From Prasinococcaceae sp. CCMP 1430 (taxonomy: Eukaryota; Plantae; Prasinodermophyta), in NCBI GenBank assembly GCA_013416795.1, contig RQSC01000027.1:267344-331343 (forward strand): a DNA stretch of 64,000 nt, given 5' to 3'. Of this stretch, positions 62,673 to 64,000 are shown in pieces. The notes under the pieces are model-generated. The model ran no database searches. It was not told the origin of the DNA and was given only the letters and a program-made list of their open reading frames with translations. The stretch's first letter is position 1. Every line of letters begins with the position of its first letter. A program made the position numbers and the translations under genes.

Positions 62673-64000
62673 GCGCGGCGGCTGCATTCGCGGGCGCCGC
62701 GGCGTCGCTGTGGGCCGCAGCCCCCGCGCTCGCCGAGGACATTGCCGCGGCGGTGCCCCCCGAGGCCGCCGATGCCGCCGCCCAGGCTGCGTCGACCATC
62801 CCCGCGTACCTGCAGAACCCGCGCTCGGGCGCGCTCGGCCCGCTCGTGGGCTTCCTGGAGGACTTTCTGAAGGTGCTCGAGAGCGGCCTGGAGACGGTGG
62901 GCGTGCCGTACGCCTACGGCTGGTCCATCGTCGTCCTCACGCTCACCGTCAAGGCGGTCACGTTCCCGCTCACCAAAACGCAGGTCGAGTCGAGCCTCAG
63001 CATGCAGCGCCTCCAGCCGCAGATCAAGGCCATCCAGGCGCGCAACCAGGACAACAAGGAGGCCGCCCAGCAGGAGATCGCGCGGCTGTACCGCGACGCG
63101 GGAGTCAACCCGCTGGCGGGCTGCCTGCCGACGCTGGCGACCATCCCCGTCTTCATCGCGCTCTACCGCGCGTTCGGCGCGGCGTCCGTGGAGGGATACC
63201 TCGACGACGCGGCGTTCTACTTCATCCCCTCGCTCGGCGGGCCGACCAACGTCGGCGGCGGCACCGGCTGGCTCTTCCCGCTGGTCGACGGCCACCCGCC
63301 CCTCGGCCCGTGGGAGTACTCCGGCCGCTACCTCATCCTGCCCGCCATGCTGCTCGTGTCGCAGTACGCCACGCAGGCGCTCGTGCAGCCGCCGGCCAAC
63401 GACCAGGACGAGTCGCAGAAGAGCACGCTGCTGATCCTCAAGTTTCTGCCGCTCATGATCGCGTGGTTCTCGCTCAACGTGCCCGCGGGACTCGGCGTCT
63501 ACTGGTTCACCAACAACATCGTCACCACCGGCATTCAGCTGTACCTCAAGCAGGGCGGCGGTGCCGCCGTGTCCATCCCAGACCCCAAGGACCTCGAGCT
63601 CAAGGCGGGCACCGCCAAGCGCTCCACGGCGGAGGACCGCGAGGCGCGCGAGTCGAAGCGGCTGGAGGAGCAGGAGGCGCGCCGCGCGCGCTTCGCAGCG
63701 AAGCGTGCAGCCGAGGAGGAGAAGGCCGCCCAGCGCAACGCGGAGCGCGATGCCACCGAGAGCGCGCGCAAGGCGGAGCGCGCCAAGCAGGCCGCCGCCG
63801 CGCAGAAGGCCAAGGAGGCGCTCGAGAGCGCCAACGCCGCCACGGCGCAGGCCGAGGTGGCCGCCGAGGTGGCCGAGACGGTCGAGGCCACCTTCGAGGA
63901 GGTCAGCGAGGAAGGGGAGGAGCAGCAGCAGGAGGAGGCCGCCGAGGTGGTGGTCGCGGCGGAGGCCGCCGCTGCGCCGGCGGCCGCCGAGGCCGTCGCG
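62673..64000 (+). CDS. ALB3: Thylakoid membrane insertase ALB3 (YidC/Oxa1 family), partial at both ends
   Basis: VPYAYGWSIVVLTLTVKAVTFPLTKTQVES...MQRLQPQIKAIQ, GVNPLAGCLPTLATIPVFIALYR, FYFIPSLGGP, LKFLPLMIAWFSLNVPAGLGVYWFTNN. Confidence 0.95.

Noticed and set aside
1-64000. CRISPR arrays, transposases, rRNA or prokaryotic operons
   Set aside because: No repeat-spacer arrays, transposase or RT motifs, terminal inverted repeats with target duplications, or rRNA-like sequence were recognised. The genes carry spliceosomal introns.

Overview
Gene-dense, very GC-rich eukaryotic nuclear DNA, most likely a green alga. The basis is short GT(G/A)CG-type spliceosomal introns, TGTAA poly(A) signals just after stop codons, and plastid-targeted genes such as ALB3, RecG and a lumen-targeted protein. 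About 27 protein genes or gene fragments and one tRNA-Leu(CAG) are supported. Housekeeping genes include GCP5, BLTP2/SABRE, PIG-V, GPI8, a CPSF-A/SF3B3-like propeller, TRIP4/ASC-1, two LYR proteins, USP, an AAAP transporter and a class II GATase. The most unusual architectures are (1) a soluble NIT nitrate/nitrite-sensor domain fused to a Raf-like/TKL protein kinase, visible only after splicing, (2) a plant-type DENN Rab-GEF carrying three intact cyclic-nucleotide-binding domains, (3) a cyanobacterial-type RecG with an inserted DEDDh exonuclease, and (4) a Met/His-rich bacterial-type protein with a thylakoid-lumen targeting signal. The last 6 kb contain single-N joins and at least one probable chimeric junction, where an ILP1-like fragment is fused to what looks like the ALB3 tail. 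All family calls come from motif recognition by eye; no database searches were run.
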